36,990 nt of DNA, from the NCBI RefSeq assembly GCF_001194135.2, contig NC_068983.1, forward strand, positions 43,347,675-43,384,664, in the 5' to 3' direction. Below are positions 34,616 through 36,990 of the stretch, piece after piece. This DNA is from Octopus bimaculoides. Lineage: Eukaryota. A model generated the notes under the pieces. It saw only the letters and a program-made list of their open reading frames with translations. It had not been told where the DNA came from and did no database searches. The translations under genes and the position numbers were made by a program. Within the stretch, counting starts at the first letter, position 1; the number at the start of each line of letters is the position of its first letter.

Positions 34616-35350
34616 CAGGGTGCGGTGAATAAGCTGTCGTCTTAATTACGCAAAAATGAAAATAACTCTGACATCTCATTTTAACATATATATTTGCCAA
34701 AATTACATAAAAATATCTCGAAATACTAAAGAGTAAATTTATTCAATAAAATCACCATTTCCTGCAACTTTTCTGGACGGTCTCCTTATTTAAGTTGGTG
34801 AATGCTGCCATAATCCTTGCCTTCAGTTCATCTTTGGTGTTACAAGGAGTCTTCTTGGTCTCTCACCCAATTGCGTCCCACACATGAAAATCAAGGGGTT
34901 TGCAGTCTGGGGAATTAGGTGACTAGATGTTAGGGATGATGTGGTTGCAGAAACTGTCTGACAGCCTTGACTGGGTTCTCCTGCTTGTGTGGCATGGTGC
35001 AGAGTCCTGTTGCCAGATATAAGGGTTTTCCAGCAGCCACCCTCTTGACCCAGGGCAGTACTACCTCCCCCAAGCACTTGACGAAGGCCTCCGTGTTGAG
35101 TCTGAGGCCGTGTGGGAAGATGAATGGAGGTATAACGTCGCCATCACTAGCGACCACTCCAAACATCATGATGTTGACTGGTTGTTGGATTTTTATCACT
35201 CTCAGTACCTGTCCTCAGACTGCATTGTCCTCAGATTGACACCCAAACACTCTGAAATGTTTGCGAAAACAAAGCAGTACAGCATGTCGTATCCAAATTT
35301 CTGGCAGAGTAAACTGCGTCATGGTGCTGGGTTTTTTCATATACGGTGCC
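34616..35350 (-). mobile_element. Defective DD37D (maT) Tc1/mariner transposon
   Basis: IMMFGVVASDGDVIPPFIFPHGLRLN, frameshift, then WQQDSAPCHTSRRTQ...NI*SPNSPDCKPLDFHVW with exactly 37 residues between the second and third D. Terminus cagggtgcg at 34616. N-terminal stub MTQFTLPEIWIRHAV near 35330-35280. Other terminus not located. Confidence 0.9.
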
Positions 35351-36306
35351 CAACTGCCCCTACTATACTGTGTAGTCGACAAAATCAAAAACAAAGTGCA
35401 TGTGCAAAATTGAATGTGTGTGTGTGTGTGTGTGTTTGCGTGCATGTGTACATTCGTGAAAGCGTATGTGTGCGTGTGTGTGTGTGTGTGTGTGAATGTG
35501 TGCGTATGTGTGGGAATGGGTGGGTGTTCTAGTGAGTCGCCTTCGTTGGTAATAACTTGAACGAATCACACAATCACAACTCACAAAACCACCTTCGGTA
35601 TTACGAAAATAACGCCGTTGGGCAAACACTAGAATACTGAGAAGACATACACACGCACACGCACACACACGCACACACACACACACACACACTGCATCAC
35701 ACACACACTGCATCACACACACACACTGCCTCACACACACACACACACACTCATACATACATACATACATACATACATACATACACCAGTTGTTAGTAAG
35801 CGTCGACCGTAAAAATATGTCTGTCACACGCCGTTCCAATCGAAACTCCACCACCACCACCACTACCACTTAAACNNNNNNNNNNNNNNNNNNNNNNNNN
35901 NNNNNNNNNNNNNNNNNNNNNNNNNNNNNNNNNNNNNNNNNNNNNNNNNNNNNNNNNNNNNNNNNNNNNNNNNNNNNNNNNNNNNNNNNNNNNNNNNNNN
36001 NNNNNNNNNCCAACCCCACCACCACCGACTACAGAAGTCTTTTCTTTCTTTTCACCTAAGGCAGTCTATTTACTAACACACACACACACACACACACGCA
36101 CACACACGAGCTCTCTTTTTATCCACTGATAGTTACGCTAGGCGGTCTGACTTGAAGAAATTGTGCGTTCCACTTCTTAATGTAAGATAGTGAATAACCA
36201 ACACATCAGACTTTAAACACCAATTACGGCTAAACATATGATATGTTGATAGCGTTACGCCAGAGACAAGCAGACCGACCTCTTCCATCAAATTATTAAC
36301 AACACC

Positions 36307-36364
36307 ATGAATTTCAACGCACATATACTCCTGCTAGCAGCGTGTTTCGCCAATATTTTACCAA
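36307..36364 (+). CDS. Candidate first coding exon of a secreted protein (signal-peptide-like MNFNAHILLLAACFANILP)
   Basis: accATG context, hydrophobic core, then a consensus donor A|GTAAGT in phase 1. No downstream exon is in the window and no homology was recognised. Confidence 0.45.
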
Positions 36365-36959
36365 GTAAGTTTAAATGTTTTGCTTTTTTATTACTGATGT
36401 GGGTGTCATATTTTTGTAGATTACACGCGAGCACAAACGTATGCATGCATACAGGTATGATTGCGTACACAAAACACACACACACACACACACACACACT
36501 TACATATAAACATATATACGAAGAGATTCTTTCAGTTTCCATCTACCAAATCCACTCACAAGGTTTTGGTCGGCTCGAGACTATAGTAGAAGACACTCGC
36601 CCAAGGTGGGACGCGGTGGATAGAACCCGGAACCATGTGATTGGCAAACAAGCTTCTTGCTTGCGCCCGTAAATTCACATTTATATCAAAAATAATTAGT
36701 GCATTTAGTGTTGTGAATAAATGCCTGTCTTTCTTGATAAGCGAGGGTTTTTAGAGAAAGAAACCAACCAACCAACCAATTCACACTTTACAAATACAAT
36801 CAGAAAGTGAAACAATAAAAATATGCAAGATTTTTTTCAAGTTTAAAATGTGACATTGTTTTTGTCTTCTACATTCTAATGGAACTTTGTATTTTTGCTT
36901 GCTGCTAGTTCTTTCCTGAAAGGCACAATTTAAATAAACAAAACCAGGAGAATACATGC

Positions 36960-36990
<31 letters not shown>

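Overview
AT-rich, gapped, repeat-dominated animal genomic DNA. The SINE, LINE and microsatellite families look like those of an octopus, an inference from recalled repeat families rather than a database search. One complete protein-coding gene can be built from the sequence: GTF3C6 (TFIIIC subunit 6), on the minus strand, with four coding exons (15550-15512, 12734-12648, 10132-10027, 9528-9359). All introns are GT-AG with matching phases, the product is 133 aa, and AATAAA follows at 9306-9301. A possible first exon of a second, secreted-protein gene lies at 36307-36364 (+). The rest is mostly mobile DNA: at least three tRNA-derived SINE families, RTE and R4/Dong LINE fragments, Tc1/mariner relics (one with exact DD37D spacing), a hAT MITE with an 8-bp TSD, helentron-like and Penelope-like ends, and microsatellites. 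I found no convincing new multi-gene system. The most unusual signals are an 11-copy palindromic array upstream of GTF3C6, hammerhead-core motifs in permuted order in two repeat families, modular SINE/LINE tail sharing, and long inverted repeats. TE coordinates are approximate unless a TSD or TIR is quoted.
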